NCBI GenBank assembly: GCA_963749495.1
Contig: CAVVMW010000022.1
Span: forward strand, 160,001 to 224,000
Direction: 5' to 3'
Length of the DNA stretch: 64,000 nucleotides
Source: an uncultured bacterium
GTDB lineage: Bacteria; Verrucomicrobiota; Verrucomicrobiia; Limisphaerales; UBA8199
In this document: positions 20,864 through 29,660 of the stretch, piece by piece
Layout: each line of letters starts with the position of its first letter
How positions within the stretch are numbered: the stretch's first letter is position 1
Notes under the pieces: generated by a model
Database searches by the model: none
Seen by the model: the letters and a program-made list of their open reading frames with translations, nothing else
Told to the model about the DNA's origin: nothing
Position numbers and translations under genes: made by a program

Positions 20864-21205
20864 TTTGTCCTTTGCCTCGTCCGCGGCACGACAACCCACG
20901 GACGTAAAAGGTGCCAGCGGCGGAGCCCCGACTCCCTCCACAGGGGCCTTGCGGCGGCCACGCCCGGCATGGCTGCTCCAGTGCCGCAAACCGTTCTGCC
21001 GTCGTTCTTGATGGGCTCGGGCAGAAGCAAAATGGCGGCAGCGGAGGCGGAAATTTATCAGGGTTGGACGGATGGAGCATGAGGGCAAGTGCGCATCCAG
21101 GTCACGTGGCGAGCACGCCCCGAAACCTCTCCTGTTGATACGACGAGCGCCCAAAAATTGTCCTGTTGACGCCCTCGGTGCAAACTGCGAATATTACTCA
21201 TTGTT

Positions 21206-21520
21206 ATGCTGGAAACGGTTGCCACACCACACGTTTGGACGGACGCCGACGGGCGGGCCTGGATCGACAGGACCAACGTCAAAGTGATCGAGGTAGTCCT
21301 GGATCATCTGGCGTATCGATGGAGTCCCGAGGAGATGCACTACCAACACCCGGAACTTTCGCTGGCGCAAATTCATGCCGCGCTGGCCTACTATTTCGAT
21401 CATCAATGCGGGTTCGATGAGCAGATCGAGGGCAGCCTGCGAGAGGCGGAAAAGCTGGCGGCAGAGGCGAAGGATTCCCCTCTCCGGCAGCGGTTGCGGC
21501 GGCTTGGGAAGCTGCCGTGA
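21206..21520 (+). CDS. DUF433 antitoxin
   Basis: GRAWIDRTNVKV...WSPEEMHYQHPELSLAQIHAALAYY. Confidence 0.88.
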   Translation: MLETVATPHVWTDADGRAWIDRTNVKVIEVVLDHLAYRWSPEEMHYQHPELSLAQIHAALAYYFDHQCGFDEQIEGSLREAEKLAAEAKDSPLRQRLRRLGKLP

Positions 21521-21867
21521 GCATCCCGCTCTACATGGATGTGCATGTCCCCGCTCCGATTACACGTGCTTTGGTGCGCCGCGGGGTGGACGTCAAGACG
21601 GCGCAGGAGGACGGCACCACCGAGTTGGAGGATCAGCAACTGCTGGACCGGGCCACAGCGTTGAACCGGGCTCTGTTTACAAGAGACGAGGACCTGCTGG
21701 CCGAAGCGAAAATGCGGCAACAGGCAGGGCGATTCTTTGCGGGCGTCATCTACGCTCATCAACTTCGTGTGACGATTGGCAGGTGCATCAGCGATTTGGA
21801 AATCATTGCAGCGGCCGGCCAGCCAGAGGACCTTCACAACCGCGTGGAGCATTTACCACTGCGATAG
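21517..21867 (+). CDS. DUF5615 PIN-like toxin
   Basis: LYMDVHV...GVDV...D..LLDRA...LFTRDEDL; GTGA overlap with the antitoxin. Confidence 0.88.
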   Translation: MSIPLYMDVHVPAPITRALVRRGVDVKTAQEDGTTELEDQQLLDRATALNRALFTRDEDLLAEAKMRQQAGRFFAGVIYAHQLRVTIGRCISDLEIIAAAGQPEDLHNRVEHLPLR

Positions 21868-21889
21868 ACCCAGATGGGCACGTAGCTCC

Positions 21890-22870
21890 ATGAGTGTTTC
21901 GCGCCAGAGACTCGTGGAGCAGGCGATCTGGTTTGGTTTCCCGGAACGCGTTCCGGTTGTCTTCTGGAACCGTGATCAGGAGCAAGGGGACATCATGCTT
22001 TACCATCTGGCGCTGGGCGCGGCGGGTGATGGCACACCGAACGCCTGGAACTGGGCCAAGAACGAGTGGGGCTATCGGCTGGAATCACTCGGAGATGGCA
22101 CGATGGGCCATCCTGTAGCGCCGTTCTATCCGGAGTTGCCGGACCCTGAGGTCATTCGGGTGCCGCTGTTGCGCGAGGCCGAGCGCATGTCCGCCGTGCC
22201 GGCGTTTCTCCGGGCCTGTGGCGACCGCTACCGCCTGGCCAGTCTGGACCTGAGCGGCTTCACGGTCTATACGCTGCTCCGCGGCTTTGAAAATGCCATG
22301 CAGGATTTTCTGCTGAACCCTGAAGGCTTTGCGGCTTTGATGGACCGGATCATCGCCTTTGAGCGCGAGTTGATGCGCTTGGCCGCAGACTACGGATTTC
22401 ATGGCATCCACTTTGCCGACGATTGGGGCACGCAGACCGGCTTGATCATTTCGCCGGAGTTGTGGCGGCGACTGTTCAGACCTCGGTACGCACGCCAGTT
22501 CGCCCTGGCCCACGAATTGGGCCTGGACACCTGGTTTCACTGCTGCGGCAAGTTCGACTTGATCATGGACGACTTCCACGAGATCGGCGCGGACGTGATC
22601 AACATCTCGCAGCCCAACGTGGTGGATGTGGCGGTCGTGGGCCGCCGGCTGCGCGGGAGGCAATGTTTCATGGTGCCCATCAGCTATCAGACCGTCTCCA
22701 TCCGTGGCACGCCGGCAGAGATTCACGCGGAGGCCCGGCGCCTTTACGAGCTGCTGGGCGCGCCTTCGGGCGGTTTTGTGGGCTACGTCGAGGAGTATAG
22801 CGTCATGGGCATGTCTGCAGAGAATTATCGCGCTTGCGCCCAGGCATTCCGCCAGGTCGGCCCAGGGTAA
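21890..22870 (+). CDS. Uroporphyrinogen-decarboxylase/MtaA-like family protein
   Basis: LRGFENAMQD, FADDWGTQ...ISPELWR, WFHCCG, GTPAEI. Confidence 0.82.
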   Translation: MSVSRQRLVEQAIWFGFPERVPVVFWNRDQEQGDIMLYHLALGAAGDGTPNAWNWAKNEWGYRLESLGDGTMGHPVAPFYPELPDPEVIRVPLLREAERMSAVPAFLRACGDRYRLASLDLSGFTVYTLLRGFENAMQDFLLNPEGFAALMDRIIAFERELMRLAADYGFHGIHFADDWGTQTGLIISPELWRRLFRPRYARQFALAHELGLDTWFHCCGKFDLIMDDFHEIGADVINISQPNVVDVAVVGRRLRGRQCFMVPISYQTVSIRGTPAEIHAEARRLYELLGAPSGGFVGYVEEYSVMGMSAENYRACAQAFRQVGPG

Positions 22871-22898
22871 CCCCGCCCTTTCTTGCGAAAGGGCGGGG
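22871..22898 (+). terminator. GC-rich hairpin directly after the stop codon (possible terminator)
   Basis: CCCCGCCCTTTC-TTGC-GAAAGGGCGGGG; weak U-tract. Confidence 0.5.
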
Positions 22899-22996
22899 TT
22901 GCCCTGGGCTGAGTGATCACAAGCCCTTCGGCTACTGAGATGGTGACCCGCGGCTCTCTCTCCCGTGGTTGTGACGACCAGGTGCGCCCGGCCTTA

Positions 22997-23201
22997 CAGG
23001 GCCGTTGGCAAAGTCGGTCGGCGCGCCTGTGCGCCAGGGGCGCCAGCGTAGCGCAGGTTTCCAAACCTGCTGTATCGCGGGTTTCCAAACCCGCAGGCGG
23101 TCCGCAAACCGGGGGCGCTCGATATGCCTACGCCCTGCCGATTGGAAATCGGCGAAACAGCAGGTTTGGAAACCTGCGCTACGACTTTGTCAACGGCCCT
23201 G
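22997..23201. mobile_element. MITE-like element, family B copy 1: 20-bp TIR enclosing a CGTAGCGCAG...CTGCGCTACG REP (23047-23183)
   Basis: CAGGGCCGTTGGCAAAGTCG / CGACTTTGTCAACGGCCCTG are 19/20 inverted. Confidence 0.8.
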
Positions 23202-23271
23202 CCCGGCCTTACCGGTGGTTGGCGAAATAGCTGGAGCGGCGTTGGGTCGCGGCGTTAGAATGTTTCCGAAT

Positions 23272-24075
23272 ATGAAGACACTGGTCCCTCGCACAGCGTC
23301 CATGAATCGCCGCGGCGCAGAAAGCAAACCCCTTTCAGGATCGGTTGCTCTGGTGACGGGTGGCACCAAGGGTATTGGGGCCGCCACGGCGATCGCCCTG
23401 GCAGGGGAGGGGGCCGATGCAGCCATCGTGGGGCGGCACGTGGACGCCGAGGCGAACGAGACGCGGCGGCGCATCGAGGCGCTGGGCCGCAGATGCTTGG
23501 TCATCCGCGCCGATGTCGGCGTGGGCCTCGAGGCCGCGCGGTGCGTGGAGGAGACGGCCCGGGAGCTTGGGCCGGTCGATGTGCTGGTCCACGCAGCGGG
23601 CGGGCCGGTCAATGGCGGGCTGTTAGAATTGACGCCCGAGGCCTGGCACTCCGCCTTTGATGTGCACGTCCACGCCATTTTCCACCTTTGCCGGGCGGCC
23701 ATTCCGGCCATGAAACAAAAAAAGCGGGGCGCGATCATCCTGATCTCATCGGCGGCCGGGATTCGCGGGGTCAAGACCAATGTGGCGTACCAGGCCGTCA
23801 AGGGCGCGTTGCCGCAACTGACCCGGGCCCTGGCCTACGAGTTTGCGAACGATAACATCCGCGTCAATTGCGTCGCCCCCGGCGTGATTCGCACGGCTTT
23901 TCACGCCACGATGCCGGCGCAGGTGAAACAAAACAACCTGGAGAATCGAATCCCGCTGCACCGCGAAGGCACTCCCGAGCAGGTCGCCAGCCTGATCCGC
24001 GAATTGGTGACCAACGATTACATCACCGGTGAAACCGTCTCGGTGGATGGCGGATTGACGATGCGGATTTGCTAG
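23272..24075 (+). CDS. SDR-family NAD(P)-dependent oxidoreductase
   Basis: TGGTKGIG, ISS, YQAVK, NIRVNCVAPG, ITGETVSVDGG. Confidence 0.92.
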   Translation: MKTLVPRTASMNRRGAESKPLSGSVALVTGGTKGIGAATAIALAGEGADAAIVGRHVDAEANETRRRIEALGRRCLVIRADVGVGLEAARCVEETARELGPVDVLVHAAGGPVNGGLLELTPEAWHSAFDVHVHAIFHLCRAAIPAMKQKKRGAIILISSAAGIRGVKTNVAYQAVKGALPQLTRALAYEFANDNIRVNCVAPGVIRTAFHATMPAQVKQNNLENRIPLHREGTPEQVASLIRELVTNDYITGETVSVDGGLTMRIC

Positions 24076-24085
24076 GGAACTGCCC

Positions 24086-24180
24086 CGTGAAACGTGAAAC
24101 GTGAAAGGTGAACCTTTTCCGATGCCTCGCGGGTTATCTATCGCTTTTCACGTTTCACGTTTCACGTTTCACGTTTCACG
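24086..24180. repeat. Inverted heptamer repeats (CGTGAAA)x3 ... (TTTCACG)x5
   Basis: Direct reading. Confidence 0.88.
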
Positions 24181-24192
24181 GCGCTACCGGCC

Positions 24193-25446
24193 ATGGCTGA
24201 ACCACAACTGAACGCTGAGACAGAGCCCTCGGGTTTGCGCTGGGTGATGGTTGGTCTGATCTTCCTGGCCACGGTTATCAATTACCTTTGCCGCCAGGCC
24301 TATTCGGTCTCGGCCACGACCCTCCAACAGGTCTTTTCCCTCTCCAATGAAGACTATGGCCTGCTCACCTCCGGCTTTTTCTTCGCTTACGCCGTCAGCA
24401 ACGGCGTGTCCGGGCCGCTCATCGATCGGCTGGGCGCCAAGCGCGGTTACCTCCTCTGCATGTTCCTATGGAGTTCCGCCGTCGGGCTGATCGGCGCGGC
24501 CCAAAATGTCTGGATGCTCGCCGGCTTCCTGATGCTGCTGGGGCTGGGCGAGGCCGGCAACTGGCCCGCCGCCGTTAAGGTCGTTAGTGAATGGTTCCCG
24601 CCGCGGGAGCGCTCACTCGCCTCGGGGATCTTCAACAGCGGCGCCGGCATCGGGGCCCTGGTCGGCCCAACCGCCGTGGGGTTGCTGCTCATCCACCTTG
24701 GCTGGCGTCCGGCGTTTGTCATCGTCGGGCTCATTGGCTATGTCTGGCTGATCGGCTTTGCCCTGGTTTACCGCACCCCGGACAGCGTCGCCGCCGAGGT
24801 GAGCGCGCGCCCGCCGCCCCCCTGGCGCCTGCTCAAGACCCGCTTCCTTTTGTTTTTTGCGCTGTCGAAGCTGTTCATGGACCCGGTCTGGTATTTCTAC
24901 GTCTTCTGGCTGCCCAAGTTTCTGATCGAGGTACACCACTTCAATCTCAAACAGATGGTCTGGCTGGCGCCGGTTCCCTTCATCATCGCGGATATCGGCA
25001 ATCTGGCGGGCGGGGGCTTCACGCAGCTCCTGATCTCACGTGGCATTCCCATTCCGCACGCCCGCAAGACCGGCGCCGCCGTCTTCGGGTTGCTCATGGT
25101 TTCGGCCATCCCAGCCATCATCACTCATGATCCTTATGTGTCGATTGCGATGGTTTCCATCGCGATGTTCGGCTATACCGGCTACCTGGCCAACACCCTG
25201 GCCTTTCCAGCGGAGGTGTTCCCGAAAAACGCGCTTGGCTCGATTTGGGGCCTGGCCAGCATGGGTTCGGGTTTGGGCGGCATGTTTTTCCAATGGCTCT
25301 CGGGCCGGATGGTGGACCGGTTCGGCTATTACCCGGTCTTTATCGGGTATGGCATCATGCCGTTGATCGCGGTGGCCATTATGCTGTTCCTTATCGGGCC
25401 GTTGCGCCCGAACCCGCGCTTCCAAAATCTAACTGAACCTATCTGA
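24193..25446 (+). CDS. MFS transporter (ACS family, ExuT-like sugar-acid permease)
   Basis: LRW...ATVINY, LLGLGEAGNWP, EWFPPRER...GIFNSG, DPVWYFYVFWLP; about 12 TMs. Confidence 0.9.
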   Translation: MAEPQLNAETEPSGLRWVMVGLIFLATVINYLCRQAYSVSATTLQQVFSLSNEDYGLLTSGFFFAYAVSNGVSGPLIDRLGAKRGYLLCMFLWSSAVGLIGAAQNVWMLAGFLMLLGLGEAGNWPAAVKVVSEWFPPRERSLASGIFNSGAGIGALVGPTAVGLLLIHLGWRPAFVIVGLIGYVWLIGFALVYRTPDSVAAEVSARPPPPWRLLKTRFLLFFALSKLFMDPVWYFYVFWLPKFLIEVHHFNLKQMVWLAPVPFIIADIGNLAGGGFTQLLISRGIPIPHARKTGAAVFGLLMVSAIPAIITHDPYVSIAMVSIAMFGYTGYLANTLAFPAEVFPKNALGSIWGLASMGSGLGGMFFQWLSGRMVDRFGYYPVFIGYGIMPLIAVAIMLFLIGPLRPNPRFQNLTEPI

Positions 25447-25449
25447 AAT

Positions 25450-27726
25450 ATGAAAACACCGATTCACGGGCGGAGCCGTGGCGGGGCACATCCCGACACC
25501 GCCCCCGGAACGCCGCATTTATGCGGCAGCAGCCTCAAGATCCGACGAGCCTGCCGGCTAAAGCCGGCGTTCCCGGGGGCAGGGCGGGGGTTCGCCTTCT
25601 GTCGCGCCTGTCTTCAAATCTGCCTTTTCACCGTGGCGCTCCCGGCGAGCTTCGCCGCCGATCTCAAGTGGATTCAAACAGCGCGCGTGTTCTTGATCGA
25701 CGCTTATCAGCCGCCTTTTGCGCCGAAACTCGAGTACGACGCCGAGGCGCTGGCGCGGACGATGGCCGAGATGCGCGCCAACACGGTGCGCATCTCGACC
25801 ATGGGAAAGTACGCGACGATTCAAGGGGTCCGGTTTTCCACGCATCCCGATCTGGGCGCACGGGATGTGCTGGCGGAGACAATAGCCGCCTGCAAACCGC
25901 GCGGCATCCGCACCGTTGCCTACATCTCGACCGGACACAAGCTGGCCTGGTCGATGGTGACCCGGGATTATCCGGAATACGCGCAACGGGTGCGTCCCGG
26001 CGGCGGACCCAACCGCGACCACATGTATGTGGGGGAGGACCATGGGACAGTGTGTTGGAACACTCCCTATAGGAAGGCTTACCTGGACCTCGTGGAGCAT
26101 GTGGCGCGGGACTATGCGGTGGATGGGCTCTACTTCGACACCTGGCGCCCCTTCTACTTCTGGCCGGGACTGAAGGTCTGCTATTGCGATGGCTGCCGAA
26201 ACGGTTTTCAGCGGGCCTCGGGCAAGGCTCTCCCGTGGCATGAGCAGGAAAGGGATTACACCAGGCAAGACCACGAGGTCATCGCGGAGTATCACCAATG
26301 GTACCAGGAACAACTGATGAGCGTCCTGGAGGAGGTTCGGCGGGTGGCAAAGGCTCACAAAGATATTCCGCTGATTTATAACCTGAACAATGCGGAGAAT
26401 ATGGCGAATGAGGACCCGCGCATTCTCAGGGCGATGGACGCCTTTCTGTACGAGCGCGGCCACTCGCTGCTGGAGCGCGCCGAAGGCGTCAGCCTGGCCC
26501 GCGCGGCGGGATTGGGCGTCTGGCCTTACGTGGGGGTTTACAACAACTGGCCTCGTGTCATCCCCAATGGGCTGGACTATCAGCAGGAGATCTTCACCAC
26601 CGCGGCCTTTGGCGGGGCGCCCATTGTTGCCCAGCCCTACGCATACGTGACGCAGTCGGCAAACCGGCGTTGGGTCAGCTTCCCCTTCTCCGTCCTGAAG
26701 GACCTGGAGCGGGAACTCCAGGGGGCTGAGAATGAGCCATACGTTGCCGTCGTGCAAGCGACTCGGAACCCGCCGGGGCATGCGCGAACCGGGTGGTTTT
26801 GGAGCGCGGATGTCCGGTCATCCACGCTCGGCGCGTTTGCCGCCTGCCTCTGCGGTCATGTTCAGGTCTCCTCCCTTCCCCAGACGGTGCTGGATGAGCC
26901 CGAGAAGTTGGCCCGCTATCGGGTCCTTTATCTGGCGGATATCCCCCAACTCACGTCCCGCCGCCGGGAGAACCTCGAACGGTTTGTCGAGAACGGCGGC
27001 GGACTGTTGGCTTGCTTTGGGACGTCGCTCTACGGCGCGTCGGGCGAGCGCCTGGAACGATTCGATCTTGAACGTCTGTTGCGGGTTCGCCCGGCGCATC
27101 CGCAGGGGGAGCTCGCGGAAACCCTGAACAGCTACCGGTGCATGACCGGCGGACCCAACGACCTGTATCTCACCCCGCACGCCACCCTCGATGGCCCGCT
27201 GGTGCCACTCGGGTACTTCGAACCGGTCGAGGTGCTGGACGGCGGGTCCACGATGATGGATATCGTCACTGGCGATGGACGCCGTCCGATTCTGCCGGGT
27301 GTCGTTACCTCCACCCACGGCCAAGGCCGCGTGGTCTATCTCGCATCGTCCCTGGAGAGTCTCTACCATTCGACGAAGGAGTCGGTGCTGGGCAGTTGTC
27401 TGCGAAATCTGGTCGAATATGCCGCCGCCACGCCGCCGCCTTATCAGGTCACCGCACCGAGCTCGCTGATTGCCAACTTGACCCGGAATGGAAACCGCCG
27501 CGTGCTCCACTTGTTGAACTGGACCACCGAGCCGGACAACGAGAGCGGATACTTGCCTCCCGTCGAGAATGTTCGCGTGCGTTTGAGGATACCCGAGGGC
27601 AGGCAGGTGCGCCGGCTGGCGGGTTTCCCCGCCAGGTCGTTCCAACACAAGCAATCCGGGCAAGAACTGGAATTGCGCTTCCCTCGGATCGATGCTTACG
27701 AGGGGATCACTTTTGAATTGCAGTGA
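25450..27726 (+). CDS. Putative glycoside hydrolase (GHL6-like barrel plus GH42M/class-I-GAT-like domain)
   Basis: DVLAETIAAC..GIRTVAY, VCWNTPY, YAVDGLYFD, CYCDGC, FVENGGGLLA, HLLNWT. Confidence 0.75.
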   Translation: MKTPIHGRSRGGAHPDTAPGTPHLCGSSLKIRRACRLKPAFPGAGRGFAFCRACLQICLFTVALPASFAADLKWIQTARVFLIDAYQPPFAPKLEYDAEALARTMAEMRANTVRISTMGKYATIQGVRFSTHPDLGARDVLAETIAACKPRGIRTVAYISTGHKLAWSMVTRDYPEYAQRVRPGGGPNRDHMYVGEDHGTVCWNTPYRKAYLDLVEHVARDYAVDGLYFDTWRPFYFWPGLKVCYCDGCRNGFQRASGKALPWHEQERDYTRQDHEVIAEYHQWYQEQLMSVLEEVRRVAKAHKDIPLIYNLNNAENMANEDPRILRAMDAFLYERGHSLLERAEGVSLARAAGLGVWPYVGVYNNWPRVIPNGLDYQQEIFTTAAFGGAPIVAQPYAYVTQSANRRWVSFPFSVLKDLERELQGAENEPYVAVVQATRNPPGHARTGWFWSADVRSSTLGAFAACLCGHVQVSSLPQTVLDEPEKLARYRVLYLADIPQLTSRRRENLERFVENGGGLLACFGTSLYGASGERLERFDLERLLRVRPAHPQGELAETLNSYRCMTGGPNDLYLTPHATLDGPLVPLGYFEPVEVLDGGSTMMDIVTGDGRRPILPGVVTSTHGQGRVVYLASSLESLYHSTKESVLGSCLRNLVEYAAATPPPYQVTAPSSLIANLTRNGNRRVLHLLNWTTEPDNESGYLPPVENVRVRLRIPEGRQVRRLAGFPARSFQHKQSGQELELRFPRIDAYEGITFELQ

Positions 27727-27759
27727 GGCCGAACGCCGCCGCCGGATGGACGGACTGTC

Positions 27760-27917
27760 GGGCAGACCCCTCACCCCGGCCCTCTCCCCTTCCAGGGGAG
27801 AGGGAGAGGCGTCGGCGGTCTCGGGAGCTTCGAGGCGTCTGCGCTTCCACAAAGGGCCGCCCAGAGGTCTCCCTCTCCCCTTCGGAAGGGGAGAGGGCCG
27901 GGGTGAGGGGTCTGCCC
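27760..27917. repeat. REP doublet CCCTCACCCCGGCCCTCTCCC...GGGAGAGGGCCGGGGTGAGGG
   Basis: Long inverted arms; further copies at 42268-42309 (half) and 61756-61913. Confidence 0.85.
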
Positions 27918-28061
27918 TTGTGCCGCTCCTGCTTTCAGTAAACCCTTGCCGTTGAGTGTTGATTTCCGACTGCGTTTGGGCATTTTGGGTTTATGGGCAG
28001 ATGTGGATTCGTGGCCAGTGGTGTGGATGTGACGCGCGTAGTCAATTTGGTGAGTTCCTCG

Positions 28062-28394
28062 ATGCTGCATGAACGACAAAGGCGACAAGCGAAGCCCCCA
28101 GGCGCAACCTGCCTCTTTTGGCCGATCACCGGGACCGCCAAAGACTGCAGCAGGAGGGTGCAGGGCAGGCCGCCAGGTGATCCGGGCAAAACGGTCTATC
28201 TGCTGGACCGTGTTCTGGTGAGGGATCTGGCTGGCGCCATTGGAAAAAGGCCATTTCAAGTCGTGGCTGACTTGTTGGAGTTGAAGCAATTCAAGCAGGC
28301 GGACGAGGAGATTGATTTTGAAACCGCCTCACTCATCGCGCGAAAACACGGATACCGGGCAGAAAGACCTCCTCCCGGTGTCCTGGTTCTTTAA
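28062..28394 (+). CDS. Small protein carrying a stand-alone translation-initiation-factor IF2 N-terminal domain
   Basis: VLVRDLAGAIGKRPFQVVADLLELKQF...IDFETASLIARKHGY matches the IF2_N pattern. Confidence 0.7.
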   Translation: MLHERQRRQAKPPGATCLFWPITGTAKDCSRRVQGRPPGDPGKTVYLLDRVLVRDLAGAIGKRPFQVVADLLELKQFKQADEEIDFETASLIARKHGYRAERPPPGVLVL

Positions 28395-28433
28395 TTGCGA
28401 AAGGAGACGAGGTTTCTGCGCGGTGCTCGCCGA

Positions 28434-29408
28434 TCAGGGGCCTAAGCGCAGCCGGAAGAATTTCGCGCTGTCTGGCGCGAGGACGCTCACTTGATTCTGT
28501 GCAGCGTTGGTCCGCCACCACGGGTCGGGAACCGTTGCCCAGGGGCCGTCGGCGCTCGGGGCGCTTTCCAGGACGAACGTGCCCCGAGTGACCGGCCAGG
28601 AGAGCACGACGCCCTTCTGGATCGCCAGTTGCGGCGATTCGTACTGCCACACTTCAACGTTGCCAAAGGTGACCTGCGCGACAGCGGCTTGTGGCCCGTG
28701 CTCCGGGTTGGTCCACTCCAAATTCAGGCAAAGGTTTCCAGGCTCACTGAGTGCAGGCCATGCTGTTCCCGGCAAATCAGGCGCCGTAAGCCCCAATACG
28801 GAAAGAACCGGGTCCGCCTGAGGTGTGTCGATCACCGTCTCTTCGAACAGGAGCGCGTTGTTGTTGTCCTTGTCCAGAACGCGGAGGTCGATCCTCAAAT
28901 TCGGGTCGAGCCGGGTCAGGGCAAGCACCAAGGTGACGTTTTGATTCTTGATGGGTTGGTTGGTCTGATAAAAGAACCAAGCGAGTGAAACCGACGGCGT
29001 GTTCTGATTGTAGTACTTCATGAGCGCAACCTCATCTGGGTCCTTCCAGAAGACATAGCCTGTGCCTAAGGTGTCCCACCAAAGGTTTATGCCGGCCCAG
29101 GCGTCATCTTGGTTGGCGCCGACTAAATCGGCGCGCGCTTCCAACGTCTGGTTGTTGGGAAGCGGACCTGAGGTTGGCAGCGAATGAGCGGTCCCCCGCC
29201 ATGTAGCCCACGGGTTGCCAACCTGGTAGGGACCACAGGTCGCCGAGAGGGCCAGTTGCCCGTTGGCGACGGTCATCGCTCCAGGCCCAGCGTCGGACCA
29301 TCCGTTTGCGGTGTGGTCCCAAATCCACACGGAGGTCTGTGCGAGGGCGGTCGAGACGCACGCCGCCAAGGCGAGCGTCATCAGTGCTAAGGTTCTTTTG
29401 CGGATCAT
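28434..29408 (-). CDS. Secreted beta-rich protein with C-terminal 'FFRL' domain
   Basis: Signal peptide MIRKRTLALMTLALAACVSTALA; tail VVLSWP...FVLESA...W...KFFRLRLGP. Confidence 0.82.
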   Translation of the reverse strand: MIRKRTLALMTLALAACVSTALAQTSVWIWDHTANGWSDAGPGAMTVANGQLALSATCGPYQVGNPWATWRGTAHSLPTSGPLPNNQTLEARADLVGANQDDAWAGINLWWDTLGTGYVFWKDPDEVALMKYYNQNTPSVSLAWFFYQTNQPIKNQNVTLVLALTRLDPNLRIDLRVLDKDNNNALLFEETVIDTPQADPVLSVLGLTAPDLPGTAWPALSEPGNLCLNLEWTNPEHGPQAAVAQVTFGNVEVWQYESPQLAIQKGVVLSWPVTRGTFVLESAPSADGPWATVPDPWWRTNAAQNQVSVLAPDSAKFFRLRLGP

Positions 29409-29660
29409 AGAATAGTTCCTTTCGGTCGGTTTCGTGGTGTGGGATTCGGCGGTTGGAGACGCCCAAAGGCAAACCCGCGCGAGTTGCGGGGCAGCGAGAG
29501 CGCGGCTCTTGCCCGAACGCAAGTTCCCTGGCTCTGGCGGGCGACCAGCTTGGTCGCGCGGCCATCAGAGCCACGCCGTGAGACTGACGCCACTACAGTC
29601 ATCATCCCATACACAGGAAAAACCAGCGAAAGGGGGACAGGGTTTTTGCGTGGTGAAAAC

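Noticed and set aside
29455..29580. Possible cyclic-di-GMP-I (GEMM) riboswitch starting AAAGGCAAACCCGC
   Set aside because: Lacks the GAAA tetraloop and GACGCAAAG elements, and lies on the strand opposite the downstream gene; an Infernal/Rfam scan would settle it
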